From the NCBI GenBank assembly GCA_963767925.1, contig CAVYGB010000008.1, positions 352,001 through 416,000 of the forward strand: 64,000 nucleotides of DNA, in the 5' to 3' direction. Below the pieces are notes generated by a model, which was not told the origin of the DNA, did no database searches, and saw only the letters and a list, made by a program, of their open reading frames with translations. This stretch comes from an uncultured delta proteobacterium. Its GTDB lineage: Bacteria; Myxococcota_A; Polyangia; Fen-1088. Below are positions 13,661 to 28,632 of the stretch, piece by piece (positions within the stretch are counted from its first letter, which is position 1; each line of letters opens with the position of its first letter). Made by a program: the position numbers and the translations under genes.

Positions 13661-14259
13661 TGGGACGGGCGCTGGCCGCGCTGGCCCTGCTGCTCGCCGC
13701 CGCCCCGGCCCGGGCGCAGGTGATGGGCGAGCCCGGTCCCTCGGTCTATCCCGACGCCGACAAGTTCGCCCGGGGCCTCTTCGTCGAAGCGGAGGCGGGC
13801 ACCGCCCTCTTCCTGGGCGAGGCCCGGCGCGCGCTCGGCCCGGGCGCGGCCCTCGGCGTTCGCCTGGGCTACGACCTGACCCGCTGGGCGGCCCTGGCCC
13901 TGCACGGGACCGGCTCCAGCCACGCCACCGACTTCCCCCAGCGCCCCCAGTCGGGCGAGCTGCTGCAGTTCTTCCAGGGGGCCGGTGAGCTGCGCCTCTG
14001 TGTGCCCTTGCGGCGCTTTTCGATCTTCGGGGTGGCGGTCGGGGGCATGGGCCGCTTCTCGACGAACCTGCTCGGGACCACCGGCCTGGCCCGCCCCGAC
14101 GCCCGCCTCACGCCGCTCTACGGCGGCCGCCTGGGCGTCGACTACCACACCGCCAGCCGGCACTTCTCCTTCGGGCTCTCGGCCGGCTTCGCCCGGCTCA
14201 CCCGCATCGACACGACCGGGGTGCTGGGCAGCGCCCTCTACCTGCGCTACACGCTCTGA
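13657..14259 (+). CDS. Small outer-membrane beta-barrel, CglE/GltH-like
   Basis: Signal peptide ending ARA; RGLFVEAEAG...LGVRLGYD; about 8 amphipathic strands; terminal LRYTL. Confidence 0.7.
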   Translation: MMGRALAALALLLAAAPARAQVMGEPGPSVYPDADKFARGLFVEAEAGTALFLGEARRALGPGAALGVRLGYDLTRWAALALHGTGSSHATDFPQRPQSGELLQFFQGAGELRLCVPLRRFSIFGVAVGGMGRFSTNLLGTTGLARPDARLTPLYGGRLGVDYHTASRHFSFGLSAGFARLTRIDTTGVLGSALYLRYTL

Positions 14260-14261
14260 CG

Positions 14262-15143
14262 TCAGCCCAGCCGCGCGCTCTTGAGGGCGGTGAGGATCAT
14301 CCGGGTCGCGGGCGACTGGTTCAGCGTGTAAAAGTGGATGCCGGGCGCCCCGGCCTGCAGCAGGTCGGCGCACTGGGCGGCGGCCTGGGCCAGCCCGAGC
14401 TGCATGATGGCGGCCGGATCCTCGCGGCGGCGGTCGAGCTCGGACCGCAGCGCGGGGGGGATGCCCGCGCCGGACAGGGCGGTCATGCGCTCGACCGAGG
14501 CCAGGTTGGTGATCGGCATGATGCCGGGCACGATCGGGACAGTGATGCCGGCCTCCCGGGCCCGGGCCACGAAGTCGAAGTAGCAGCGGTTGTCGAAGAA
14601 GAGCTGGGTGACGATGACGTCGAGGCCAGCCCGGGCCTTCGTCACGAGGTGTTCGAGATCGCGCTGGGGGTCCCGGCACTCCACGTGGGTCTCGGGGTAG
14701 GCGGCGCCGGCCACGCAGAGCCGGTCCCCGTATTCCCGGCGGATGAAGGCGATCAGGTCGGAGGCGTGGGCGAAGCCGTCCTTGGCGGTCTGGAACTGGG
14801 CCTGCCCGGCCGGGGGATCGCCCCGCAAGGCGATGACGTTCTCCACCCCGGCCGTGACCAGGCGGTCGAGCACGCCGGCGATCTCGGCCCGGCTCGCGCC
14901 CGCGCAGGTCAGGTGGGCCATCGCGGTGAGGCCGTCCTCCCGCTGGATGCGGGTCACGAGGTCGACGGTGAGGTCGCGGGTCGAGCCGCCAGCCCCGTAG
15001 GTCACCGAGACGAAGCCGGGGGCCAGGTCGCGCAGCTCCTGGATGGTTCGCTGCAGGGTCTGGGCGCCCTTGTCGGTCTTCGGGGGGAAGAACTCGAAGG
15101 AGAAGACGCGTCGGCCGGGGGCGTAGAGGTCGCGGATTTTCAT
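14262..15143 (-). CDS. metF: Methylenetetrahydrofolate reductase
   Basis: FSFEFFPPK, SVTYGAGGS, AHLTC, ALRGD, TQLFFDN and HFYTLN motifs; start ATG 15143. Confidence 0.96.
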   Translation of the reverse strand: MKIRDLYAPGRRVFSFEFFPPKTDKGAQTLQRTIQELRDLAPGFVSVTYGAGGSTRDLTVDLVTRIQREDGLTAMAHLTCAGASRAEIAGVLDRLVTAGVENVIALRGDPPAGQAQFQTAKDGFAHASDLIAFIRREYGDRLCVAGAAYPETHVECRDPQRDLEHLVTKARAGLDVIVTQLFFDNRCYFDFVARAREAGITVPIVPGIMPITNLASVERMTALSGAGIPPALRSELDRRREDPAAIMQLGLAQAAAQCADLLQAGAPGIHFYTLNQSPATRMILTALKSARLG

Positions 15144-15168
15144 CGGTGCTTGCTCGTCGGTTGCGGGG

Positions 15169-16236
15169 TCAGTCGTCGCGGGCGGCGATGCCCTGTCCGA
15201 AGCGTTCCAGGTGGCGGCGGGCGGCGGCTTCGTCGACGACGACGGTCTCGCCCCGGCGCTCGGGCGCCTCGAACATGATCTCGTGGCAGATCTCCTCGAT
15301 GAAGCCGCGCAGCGCGCGGGCCCCGGTCTGGCGCTCGCCGGCGAAGCGAGCCACCGCGCGCAGGGCCTCATCGGTGAAGTGCAGCTCGATGCCGTCCATG
15401 CCGAGCAGGGTCTTGTACTCCCGCACCGCTGAGTCGGGGGGCTCGACAAGCACCCGGTACAGCTCGTCTTCGCTGAGGGGATCGAGCTCCACCCGCACCG
15501 GCAGCCGGCCCAGGAACTCGGCCATCAGCCCGTAGTCGAGCAGCTCCTTCTCGGCGACCGGCCGGCGGCGCCGCTGCGGCTCGATCGAGGCGAAGCCGAC
15601 CGCCTTGCTCTCCTCGTAGGGGCGCAGGTCGGAGAAGGTCCCGGCGGCGATGAAGAGGATGTCCTGGGTGTCGACGACGACGAAGTCGTGTTTGTTCCAG
15701 TGCTGGGTGACGTTGAGGGGGACGAACAGCTCCCGCCCCTCGAGCATCTTCAGCAGGGCCTGCTGGACCCCCTCGCCGCCGATGTCCCGGGCGGCGCCGG
15801 TGCGGGCCCCCGGGCTGCGGCGGGCGATCTTGTCGATCTCGTCGATGAACACGATGCCCCGCTGGGCGCGCTCGACGTTCTGGTCGGCCCGGTAGAGCAG
15901 CTCGCCCACCATGACCTCGACGTCCTTGCCGTAGTAGCCCGCCTCCGTGTATTCGGTGGCGTCGGTGACGGTGAAGGGGACGTCGAGCAGCTCGGCCAGG
16001 GTGCGGGCGATGTGGGTCTTGCCCGAGCCGGTGGGCCCGATCAGCAGGACGTTGGACTTGCGCAGGAGGCGCTTGCCGTCCTGGGTGGGCTGCCGGCACC
16101 GTTTGAGGTGGTTGTAGGCGGCGATGGCCACGGTGCGCTTGGCCCGCTCCTGCCCGATCACGTAGCGGTCGAGGTGGGTGAAGATCTCCCGCGGGGTCGG
16201 GAGCGCCTGCTCGCCGGTGCGCGGGTACACCCTCAT
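15169..16236 (-). CDS. clpX: ClpX-family AAA+ unfoldase lacking the N-terminal zinc-binding domain
   Basis: YVIGQERAK, KSNVLLIGPTGSGKT, VFIDEIDKI, GEGVQQALLK, EFLGRLPV, TGARALR. Confidence 0.85.
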   Translation of the reverse strand: MRVYPRTGEQALPTPREIFTHLDRYVIGQERAKRTVAIAAYNHLKRCRQPTQDGKRLLRKSNVLLIGPTGSGKTHIARTLAELLDVPFTVTDATEYTEAGYYGKDVEVMVGELLYRADQNVERAQRGIVFIDEIDKIARRSPGARTGAARDIGGEGVQQALLKMLEGRELFVPLNVTQHWNKHDFVVVDTQDILFIAAGTFSDLRPYEESKAVGFASIEPQRRRRPVAEKELLDYGLMAEFLGRLPVRVELDPLSEDELYRVLVEPPDSAVREYKTLLGMDGIELHFTDEALRAVARFAGERQTGARALRGFIEEICHEIMFEAPERRGETVVVDEAAARRHLERFGQGIAARDD

Positions 16237-16357
16237 CGCGACTATCATCGCACCATCGGGGCGATCCCGCTAGACGCGTAGGGACAGAGGCGACCTCCGC
16301 CGTCGCGCCCCCTGGACGTCTCACCGCGAGAGCGCGCGGCCGCCGGCGCCGCCCCGA

Positions 16358-16741
16358 TCAGCCGGGGCGCACCAGCCAGGTGGCCCACACGTCGGGTGTT
16401 ATCCCCACTGTGGCGCGGTCGCCGGCCCGCACGATCGGGGTGCGGAGCAGCAAGGGGTCGTCGAGGAGGACCTTCTCGATGCGAGGGCCGGTGGGGGCGG
16501 CGTATTTCAGGCCCCGGTCGAGGTAGCGCTTTCCGTCGCGGTCGAGGAGCTTGTCCACGCCGCCGACCGCCTGGGCGATCTTGCGGAGCTCACCGGCCGA
16601 GGGTCCCTTCTCGGCGATGTCGATGAGGTGGAAGGAGACCCGGCGCTCCTTGAAGAAGCGCTCGGCCTGGCGGGTGCCGGGACACTTGCGGGTCCCGAAG
16701 ATCTGCAGGAAGGGGAGGGGGCTGGCGGGGGTCATGGCCAA
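16358..16741 (-). CDS. ArsC/Spx/YffB-family protein
   Basis: QIFGTRKCPGTRQAERFFKER and PLLLRTPIVR motifs. Confidence 0.85.
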   Translation of the reverse strand: MAMTPASPLPFLQIFGTRKCPGTRQAERFFKERRVSFHLIDIAEKGPSAGELRKIAQAVGGVDKLLDRDGKRYLDRGLKYAAPTGPRIEKVLLDDPLLLRTPIVRAGDRATVGITPDVWATWLVRPG

Positions 16742-16776
16742 GTCCGGGGCCAGGTTTTACCCGATCCGCAGGGTGA

Positions 16777-18137
<1,361 letters not shown>

Positions 18138-18180
18138 CCGGTAGCCGATAGGTAGCCCGGTGCCGGCGCCGCCGCCGGCA

Positions 18181-18264
18181 GCGGGTAGCGGGCAGCGGGT
18201 AGCGGGTAGCGGGCAGCGGGTAGCGGGCAGCGGGTAGCGGGTAGCGGGTAGCGGGTAGCGGGTA
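18181..18264. repeat. Heptamer tandem repeat (GCGGGYA) x12
   Basis: Twelve contiguous GCGGGTA/GCGGGCA units between the convergent eno and acyl-CoA dehydrogenase genes. Confidence 0.95.
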
Positions 18265-18357
18265 GCCGAGATCCGTTCGCTTGGAAGCGGGGACGGGGTT
18301 CGTGGTGATCAGGGGTGCGCCGGCGGACTGGACCAGATCCGGGCACCTCGCCAATTG

Positions 18358-18412
18358 TTCGCCCTCGCCCCGCGGTCTTCCGCGGGGAGAGGGTGGGGTG
18401 AGGGGTCTCCGG
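18358..18412. repeat. REP-like palindromic intergenic repeat, copy 2
   Basis: CCCTCGCCCCGCGG-TCTT-CCGCGGGGAGAGGG hairpin plus GGGGTGAGGGG tail; matches 4662-4710. Confidence 0.7.
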
Positions 18413-18421
18413 CCGTCCCGC

Positions 18422-19570
<1,149 letters not shown>

Positions 19571-19626
19571 GTGTTTCTCCTCCCCCCGGATTTTACTCCC
19601 CGCCCGGCCCGGGCGCTCCCCGCCGG

Positions 19627-19851
19627 CTACGGTTTGTCCGCTTGCTTGTCCGCTTGCTTGTCCGCTTGTTCGGCCGCCTGCTGGCGCTCGGCCCGCCGCC
19701 GGGCCCGCAGCTCCTCCCGCTCCTCGGCCCGCCTGGCCTCCAGGCGGACCGACTCCCGCGTGAGCTTGGCCCCCCAGATGAAGCCAAGCACCAGCCCCAG
19801 CGTGATCACGCCCGGGATGTAGATGAAATGGGCCGAGGAGGGCAGATCCAT
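19627..19851 (-). CDS. Small membrane protein at the end of the ccm operon
   Basis: One TM helix (HFIYIPGVITLGLVLGFIWG) and a charged tail with QADK x3. Confidence 0.7.
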   Translation of the reverse strand: MDLPSSAHFIYIPGVITLGLVLGFIWGAKLTRESVRLEARRAEEREELRARRRAERQQAAEQADKQADKQADKP

Positions 19852-19855
19852 CGGA

Positions 19856-20119
19856 TCAGCGGCTGCCGGAGTCGACCCGCCGGCGCAGGGTCTCGAGCTC
19901 GCTGCGGGCCCGGCCCAGGCCCCGCGCGACCATCACCACGTACACCAGTACCGCCACCCACATGAACCCGTAGGCCCCCAGGATGTAGGGGTTGGGATCC
20001 ATCCGCTGGCGGGCCGCCTCGTTGACCGGCTCGTACTGGGCAAACACCGGGGTGGCCGCCGCCAGCAGGCTGGCGAAGGTTGCGGCCAGAGCGGCCAGGA
20101 ATCGCTTGTGTGGCTTCAT
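19856..20119 (-). CDS. CcmD-like heme exporter protein D with an extra N-terminal hydrophobic segment
   Basis: YILGAYGFMWVAVLVYV followed by a basic tail; ATGA overlap with the ccmC stop. Confidence 0.65.
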   Translation of the reverse strand: MKPHKRFLAALAATFASLLAAATPVFAQYEPVNEAARQRMDPNPYILGAYGFMWVAVLVYVVMVARGLGRARSELETLRRRVDSGSR

Positions 20120-20811
20120 CGGGCAGGAACCTCCTCGGCGTCCTCGATCGCCATCTCGAGATCGGTCAGCGACGATCGGATGCCCTCCAGGCGCAGGCGG
20201 GCGGCCAGCAGCACTCCCCACAGGATCAGCAGGAAGAGCAGGGAAAGATAGAGCGCCGGCCGCATCGTGGGGTCCAGCTTGGGGACCACGCTGGTCGACG
20301 GATGCAAGGTCCGCCACCAGGTGGCGCTGACGTAGACCAGAGGGACGTCCGCCGCCGCGAACAGGGCCAGGGCCGCCGCCAGCTTGCGCGCGGCCGGGCC
20401 CCCGTATTTACGGGCCAGCAGGTAGGCGAAGAGCAGCAGCTCGAGCAGGAGGGTGGTCGTCTGGCGCGCGTCCCAGGTCCAGTACTTGCCCCAGGCGACG
20501 CGCCCCCACAGCGGCCCCGACACCAGAGCGCACAGAGCCCGAACAGCACCCCGATCTCGGCGCTGGCCAGGGCCAGGGCGTCGGAGCGGGCGAGTCCCCC
20601 GGAACAGGTAGCGCACGCTGGCGCCGCCGGCCACCAGCGTCGAGATCATCAGCAGCCAGGCGGTGGGCACGTGAAAATAGAAGATCTTCTGGATGGGCCC
20701 CATCACCGGCTCGATGGGCGCCCGGGCGATGATGAAGGGGATCGCCAGGAAACCCAGCCCGGCCACCACGGCGGCGACGAAAAACGGGGTGTCCGACGTG
20801 CGCTTCGGCAT
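20116..20811 (-). CDS. ccmC: Heme exporter protein C (compensating internal frameshifts likely)
   Basis: KIFYFHVP, WWD motif WGRVAWGKYWTWDARQT, and WWRTLHP. Confidence 0.92.
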   Translation of the reverse strand: MPKRTSDTPFFVAAVVAGLGFLAIPFIIARAPIEPVMGPIQKIFYFHVPTAWLLMISTLVAGGASVRYLFRGTRPLRRPGPGQRRDRGAVRALCALVSGPLWGRVAWGKYWTWDARQTTTLLLELLLFAYLLARKYGGPAARKLAAALALFAAADVPLVYVSATWWRTLHPSTSVVPKLDPTMRPALYLSLLFLLILWGVLLAARLRLEGIRSSLTDLEMAIEDAEEVPAR

Positions 20812-20848
20812 GGCCACGAATAATACCGTAATCCCGCCCCCTGGACCG

Positions 20849-21588
20849 CTATTCCCCGGTCACCACCGGCTCGAAGGCCCACAGCCCGATGGCGATGAAG
20901 ACCACGTCCGCGGCGACGAGGAACTGGGTCCAGAACACGGCGCCTTGCAGATCCGGCATCGCCGGGTCGAGGAGCTGGCTGGTCCCCTGGGTGCCCGCCA
21001 GGAAGATCGGCACCACGACCGGGTAGAGCAGGCTGGCCAGCAGGGTGTCGCGGCTCTGGGCCCGCAGCAGGGCCGCCGAGAGCACGACGCCCGCCGCCGC
21101 GAACCCGATGGTGCCGAGCACGAGCTGCAGCCCCAGGAGCAGGGTGTGCCGGGTGATGTCGGCGTGAAACAGCAGCGCCGGCCAGCGCCACCACCGACAG
21201 CTCGATCAGCGCCATCAGCGTCACCGTGCCGAGCAGCTTGCCGAGGTAGATGGCCGGGCGGGAGACGGGGGACATCAGCAGCGAGCGGATCGACTCGTTC
21301 TCGCGCTCGCGATCGAAGGTGCGCCCCAGGGCCACCGTGCCCGAGAACAGCACCGACACCCAGAGGATGCCGGCGGTGACGCCGGGCTCGGGGCTGTCGT
21401 TGGCCCCGCTGATGAAGGCGAAGGCGAAGATCAGGACGATCAGCACCGCGAGGAACAGCGTGGTGTACAGCGATCTCCTGGCTGCGCCACTCGATGCGCA
21501 GGTCCTTGCCCAGGATCGCCAGGACGTCGGAGAGGAACTGGGCCGGCGAGCCCGCCCGGCCCCGGGAGGAGGCGCGCCGATCAGCCAC
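20849..21588 (-). CDS. ccmB: Heme exporter protein B (frameshifted)
   Basis: ILGKDLRIEWRS, GILWV, FDRERENESIRSLLMSP, IYLGK and LLYPVVVP across frames. Confidence 0.88.
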
Positions 21589-22302
21589 CGGTGTGCTCGT
21601 CGTACAGGGCGCGCAGCTCGTCGGGACGGAAGCCCCCGGGCGGCCGGGTCTCGTCGCAGGGCCACCCGGCCGCGGCGCAGGATGACGACGTGTTCGGTGA
21701 CGGCGGCGGCCGCGTCGAGGTCGTGCGTCACGAGGATCGACGATGCGGCCGGCCTCCCGCTCGGCGGTGATCACGGTGGCCAGCCAGGCCGCCCCGGCCG
21801 GGTCCAGGGCCGAGCCCGGCTCGTCGAACAGCAGCAGATCGGGCTCCGCCAGCAGGGCCCGGGCCAGCGACAGGCGCTGCTGCATCCCGCGGGAGAACGT
21901 GCGGGCCGGGGCGTCGGGCCGGACCTCGGCCAGCCCGACCCGGTCGAGCAGGGCACGCGCCCGGGCGTCGGCGTCGTCGTAGCCGAACAGCGTCGCGAAG
22001 AGGCGAAGGTTCTCGCGGGCGGTCAGATCCCCGTAAACCCCGGGCTCGTGGCCGACGTAACCGATGCGGCTGCGCAGCGTCGAGCTGCGGCCCAGGCGGT
22101 CGTTGCCCCAGCTCACCGTCCCGCTGCTGGGCGGGACCAGGGTCGAGAGGATGCCGAGCATGGTCGACTTGCCGGCGCCGTTGGGACCGAGCACGGAGGC
22201 GACCCGGGCGGGCTGGAAGGCGAGGGACACGTCGTTCAGGGCCCGGTGTCGGCCGTACGACTTGCTGACCCGGTCGAGACGGAGCGCGGCAGACGCGGAC
22301 AT
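21581..22302 (-). CDS. ccmA: Heme exporter ATP-binding protein A (frameshifted near the 3' end)
   Basis: Walker A GPNGAGKST, FSRGMQQRL, LFDEP and THD; located upstream of ccmB and ccmC. Confidence 0.9.
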
Positions 22303-22422
22303 TGGCGCCCAGTGTGAACCATTTGGCCGCGCCCGCCTATTTCCTAAGTTCCAGGTGGGGGGCCGGGGGTCATTGACGGTCACGGGCTACAAAGCCATCC
22401 TTGCAACGAGGAGTAGCCCCCC

Positions 22423-22863
22423 ATGCGACTTCCTACCGTTTTCGCTCTCATTTGCGGCCTTCTGCTCTCCGCCACCACCCTCGCGCAGGAGGTGAGCGGC
22501 AAGAAGAAGGAGACGACCCGCGAGACAACGAAGCAGACCACGACGAAGGAGCCCCCCGCCGCGGACAAGCCCGCGCCTTCGCCCCCGCTCAACGCCTGCG
22601 GCTGTTACGAGGACAGCAATGCGGTCTGCCACTGCACCAGGAAGAACCGCTGCGGCTGTCCCGGCGAGTGTGAGCCCACGGGCTGCGAGGACAAGCGGCG
22701 CAAGGAGCTCGAGAAGGAGGCTCAGGAGGAGCTCAAGCGCCAGCGCGAGGACGACAAGAAACGCAACGCCGAGCTCGCCAAGAAGCAGGACGACGAGGAG
22801 AAGAAGGACGCCCAGAAGCGCGAGCGGAGCCTGCGCGGCCTCCGCCTCGTCGAGCCCCGGTAG
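22423..22863 (+). CDS. Secreted hypothetical protein with an 8-Cys cluster and Lys/Glu coiled coil
   Basis: SD GAGGAG; signal peptide ending TLA-Q; CGC...CHC...CGCPGECEPTGC; high GC3. Confidence 0.8.
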   Translation: MRLPTVFALICGLLLSATTLAQEVSGKKKETTRETTKQTTTKEPPAADKPAPSPPLNACGCYEDSNAVCHCTRKNRCGCPGECEPTGCEDKRRKELEKEAQEELKRQREDDKKRNAELAKKQDDEEKKDAQKRERSLRGLRLVEPR

Positions 22864-22870
22864 CGCGGCC

Positions 22871-24601
22871 TCAGGCGGCGCTGGCTTCCAGCTTGGCCAG
22901 GTCCCGGTAGACGAGCTCGAGCTTGCCGACCAGCTCGCGCCGGCGCTCCCCCTGCCGGCCGTTGGCGCCCGCGCGGGGCTCGGCCGACGCTGGCTGGGCC
23001 TTGCGCTCCCGCTCGAGGGCCACAAGCTCGGCGAACAGCTTCTCTCGCCGCTGGGCGAGCGACGCGCGCTCCACGCCGGCGCGATCGCTGCCCCGAGGGG
23101 GGCCCGAGAAGACCACCGCGGCGACCAGGAAGAGAATGCACAGGGTCGACGCGACCATGCGGCCGGTGTAGTCGCGCGCGGGGACGCCGATGATGTCGAG
23201 GTTGAGGATCCCCGCGGCCGCGACCGGCGCCGAGGTGTAGATGTTGACCGCGTTGCCTTCGCCGTCGCGATCGTCGGGCAGCCGGCGTACCCCCGGCCCC
23301 TCGAGCGAGAGCCGGTCTTTGGCCGGCACGAGGATCAAGGGTTCGGGGAGGGCGACCGGAAGCCGCTGGCGCAGCTCGAGGGTCGACGCGCCGCTGGACG
23401 GCAGGATGTAGCCGAAGCGCACCTGGGTCACGAAGCTGGCGGCCGAGTCGGGGGGGATGGGGCTGCGCAGCCGGACCCGTCCCGCCGCGATGTCGAGCTG
23501 CTCGCCGCCCTCCAGCTCCTGGGCGCCGGTGGCGCCCTCGGGCAAGGTGAGCACCAGCCCCTCCTCGCCCGCATCGAAGATGTCCCGGGAGGTGTTGCGC
23601 AGGAAGAGCGCCATCATCACCGCCACCGAGTCCTCCCGCACCTGCAGGATGACCTTGCTGCGGGGATCGAGCTGCAGGGCCGAGGGGGCGGAGGTCCGGG
23701 CCAGGGCCACGATCTGTCCCCGCATCCCGGTGTCGGAAGGCATCCGGAAGGGCTGGGTGCCGAGGCGCAGCCCCTCGTGGTCGGTGACCGCGGCGTACCC
23801 AGCCGCCTCGCCGGTCAGGAGGTCCTTGAAGGTGGCCCGCCCGGCGCCGTCGGAGACGGCCTCCTGGACGCCCACCTCCCGCTCGGGCTGGGGGCCGTTC
23901 TGGGCCGCCTTCAGGCGCACCTGCGCGAGCTGCACCTTGCGGCCGACCAGGGGTTGCCCCCCGGCGTCGCGCAGATCGATCTGGAGGGTCCCGACCGGCA
24001 GCTCGGGCGTGGGGGCCACGGTGCCGGTGGGGGCGCCCATGCGAAAGGCGTCCGGCTGGGCCGCGCCCGGAGCGGCGCCGGCCCCGTGACCGGCCGCCGG
24101 GGGGGGCTCGCTGCCGGGGGGGCCCAGGCCCGCGATGAGCATGATGCGGGCGCCTCCCGTGCGGGGCAGCGGGAACCGGACGGTGTCGAGGCGTTCGCCG
24201 TCGACCGTGACGGTGGCCTGGAAGTCGGCCCCGGTGGGCAGGTTCTCGAAGGTGACCCGCCCGTCGGCGCCGGTGCGGGCGGAGCCCGATCGCGCCTCGC
24301 CGGAGGGCATGCGGGTGGTGGAGGTTACCTCGACGCCCGCCACTGGATTGGCCGGGCTCTGGCGGACGACCCGCAGCGACACCGTGCCGTTAGGCAGATC
24401 GGCGACCGGCAGGGGCCGGCCCGACATGGCCCGCAGATCGGGCATCTGCGCACGCGCCGGCGACACCGCCAGCGGCGACACCGCCAGCGCGAGGCAGAGC
24501 AGGCGACGCGGGAGGGCCTGGCGGGCCCGGCTCGCCGCGGACGCGAACCGCCCGGGGGACGCGATGGCCTGACGTTCTACGAAGCTCGTGGTCGAGGTCA
24601 T
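22871..24601 (-). CDS. Exported ccm accessory protein with two carboxypeptidase-regulatory-like beta-sandwich domains and a C-terminal TM plus coiled coil
   Basis: Start ATG 24601 overlaps the upstream stop; signal peptide ending ARA-Q; repeated LPxGT...(T/S)xAxGRxTFxxL units; C-terminal LAQRREKLFAELVALE. Confidence 0.75.
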   Translation of the reverse strand: MTSTTSFVERQAIASPGRFASAASRARQALPRRLLCLALAVSPLAVSPARAQMPDLRAMSGRPLPVADLPNGTVSLRVVRQSPANPVAGVEVTSTTRMPSGEARSGSARTGADGRVTFENLPTGADFQATVTVDGERLDTVRFPLPRTGGARIMLIAGLGPPGSEPPPAAGHGAGAAPGAAQPDAFRMGAPTGTVAPTPELPVGTLQIDLRDAGGQPLVGRKVQLAQVRLKAAQNGPQPEREVGVQEAVSDGAGRATFKDLLTGEAAGYAAVTDHEGLRLGTQPFRMPSDTGMRGQIVALARTSAPSALQLDPRSKVILQVREDSVAVMMALFLRNTSRDIFDAGEEGLVLTLPEGATGAQELEGGEQLDIAAGRVRLRSPIPPDSAASFVTQVRFGYILPSSGASTLELRQRLPVALPEPLILVPAKDRLSLEGPGVRRLPDDRDGEGNAVNIYTSAPVAAAGILNLDIIGVPARDYTGRMVASTLCILFLVAAVVFSGPPRGSDRAGVERASLAQRREKLFAELVALERERKAQPASAEPRAGANGRQGERRRELVGKLELVYRDLAKLEASAA

Positions 24602-25244
24602 GGCGTCCCCGGGGCGGTTTCGGTGGCCGCCGTGGTCAGCGCCTTGCCGCACTTGTTGCAGTAGCGGGCGTCCTTCTCGTTCGGCGTGCTGCAGCCAGGG
24701 CAGCTCGAGCGGGCGGCATCCAGGGCCGAGAGGCGGGTCTTCAGCTCCTGCTCGATCAGGGTCTTGAAGTCGTCGCCCGCGTCGATCTGGCTGATGATGC
24801 GCAGGGCCCGCGCCCGATACCGATCGGTCATCTCCTTGTAGTCGGCCTCGCCGATCTTCCGCATCTGGAAGTCGTGCTCGATCTCGCGGATGGCCTTCAG
24901 CACGAGCACCTTTTCCCGCTCCAGCTCGCGCAGCCGGGTCGACTCGGTGGCCCGCTCGCTGCGCTGGGCGGCCGCCGTCGGCCGCACCAGCGGGTCGAGC
25001 ATGCGGAACAGGGCCATTCCGCACAGGGCGAGGGTGAGCCCCCCCAGGGTCAACATCAACAGCGGCGCCCCCGCGCCGAGGCCAGCGACCAGCGTCCCGT
25101 ACAGCAGCGCCGCGGTGGCGCCCAGCAGGACGATGGCCCAGCCCCGGAGCCGGGCCCAGCGGCCGGGAGGGGCGACGGCGGATCCCGCCGAGGCCGGGCT
25201 TTCGTCGCCGGCCGCAGTGGGGTGGGCGGTTTCGACCGAGGGGC

Positions 25245-25248
<4 letters not shown>
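24598..25248 (-). CDS. CcmI/CycH N-terminal-like membrane protein with a C-terminal zinc ribbon
   Basis: Two TM helices; LEREKVLVLKAIREIEHDFQMRKIGEADY; CPGC-x10-CNKCG. Confidence 0.75.
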
Positions 25249-27790
<2,542 letters not shown>

Positions 27791-27952
27791 GGGTCACCTC
27801 TTCAACCGAGAATTGTCCGGCAACCCGGATTCTTCCGGGGATCCGGGCGAAAGCGCCGCCGGACGAACGTAACATACGAACTTAGCATGTAAAAATGGCC
27901 GCTCCGAGCTGCGCCGCCGAGTTCCCGAGATCCCGGGGTCGGCGGGGGTGGA

Positions 27953-28627
27953 TCAGGACCCGGCGTCCTCCACATCGAACACCCGGGTCTCGAGGTCGTC
28001 GTCATCGGCGAGCTGGTCGCGGGTCCGGGCGCTGCCCCGGTCCGCGACGGCCTTGGCCTGCGACATGATGGCGATCTTGGCCCGCAGCAGGGCCCGGAAG
28101 TCGGTGGCGCCGTCCCCTTCGAGGGGAACATCCAGCCAGAGCAGCGAGGGGGTGCCGTGGGCCTGCTGGCGCGCCTTGCGGGCGGCGGGCGAGAGGGCTC
28201 TCCAGTCGACCGCCTCGGCGGCGGCCGCCTCGAGCGAGAGGATCCCCACCGGGAGCTGGTCGTAGATGTGCATCGAGCAGAGCGGTTTGCCCTCGTGTAG
28301 GTAGCGCAGCGCCCATCCCGACTCCGGTCCGTAGAAATACACGTCCTCGAGGACGCCCTTCTGTTTCAGCAAGAACGTTCGAATGAGGTCGAGCCGCTTG
28401 CCGAGGGAGAGCGGGAGCTGCGCGGCGAAGGCGGGTGGGGTGGGCTGCTGACTGCGCTTGGGGAACGCCGGTCGCGGCGCGCGGGGCCGGGCCGTCTCGC
28501 GGGGCTCCCTGGCGGGGGCCTTGACCGGGGGCGCCTCCTTTGCCGCGCGACGGGCCGGCGGCAGGGGCGGAGGGGACTTCGACATCCGCTTCTTGTTCTT
28601 GCTGTCGGGCGGGCCTGCGGAGGCCAT
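27953..28627 (-). CDS. Hypothetical protein, DUF3788-like domain after a basic Pro-rich N-terminus
   Basis: ATG 28627; YFYGPESGWALRYLHEGKPLC...WLDVP...LLRAK pattern. Confidence 0.55.
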   Translation of the reverse strand: MASAGPPDSKNKKRMSKSPPPLPPARRAAKEAPPVKAPAREPRETARPRAPRPAFPKRSQQPTPPAFAAQLPLSLGKRLDLIRTFLLKQKGVLEDVYFYGPESGWALRYLHEGKPLCSMHIYDQLPVGILSLEAAAAEAVDWRALSPAARKARQQAHGTPSLLWLDVPLEGDGATDFRALLRAKIAIMSQAKAVADRGSARTRDQLADDDDLETRVFDVEDAGS

Positions 28628-28632
28628 TGCCC

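Noticed and set aside
27866..27896. AT-rich segment resembling a dif/Xer site
   Set aside because: Only partial similarity to the XerD arm and none to XerC; more simply the ccmF promoter.
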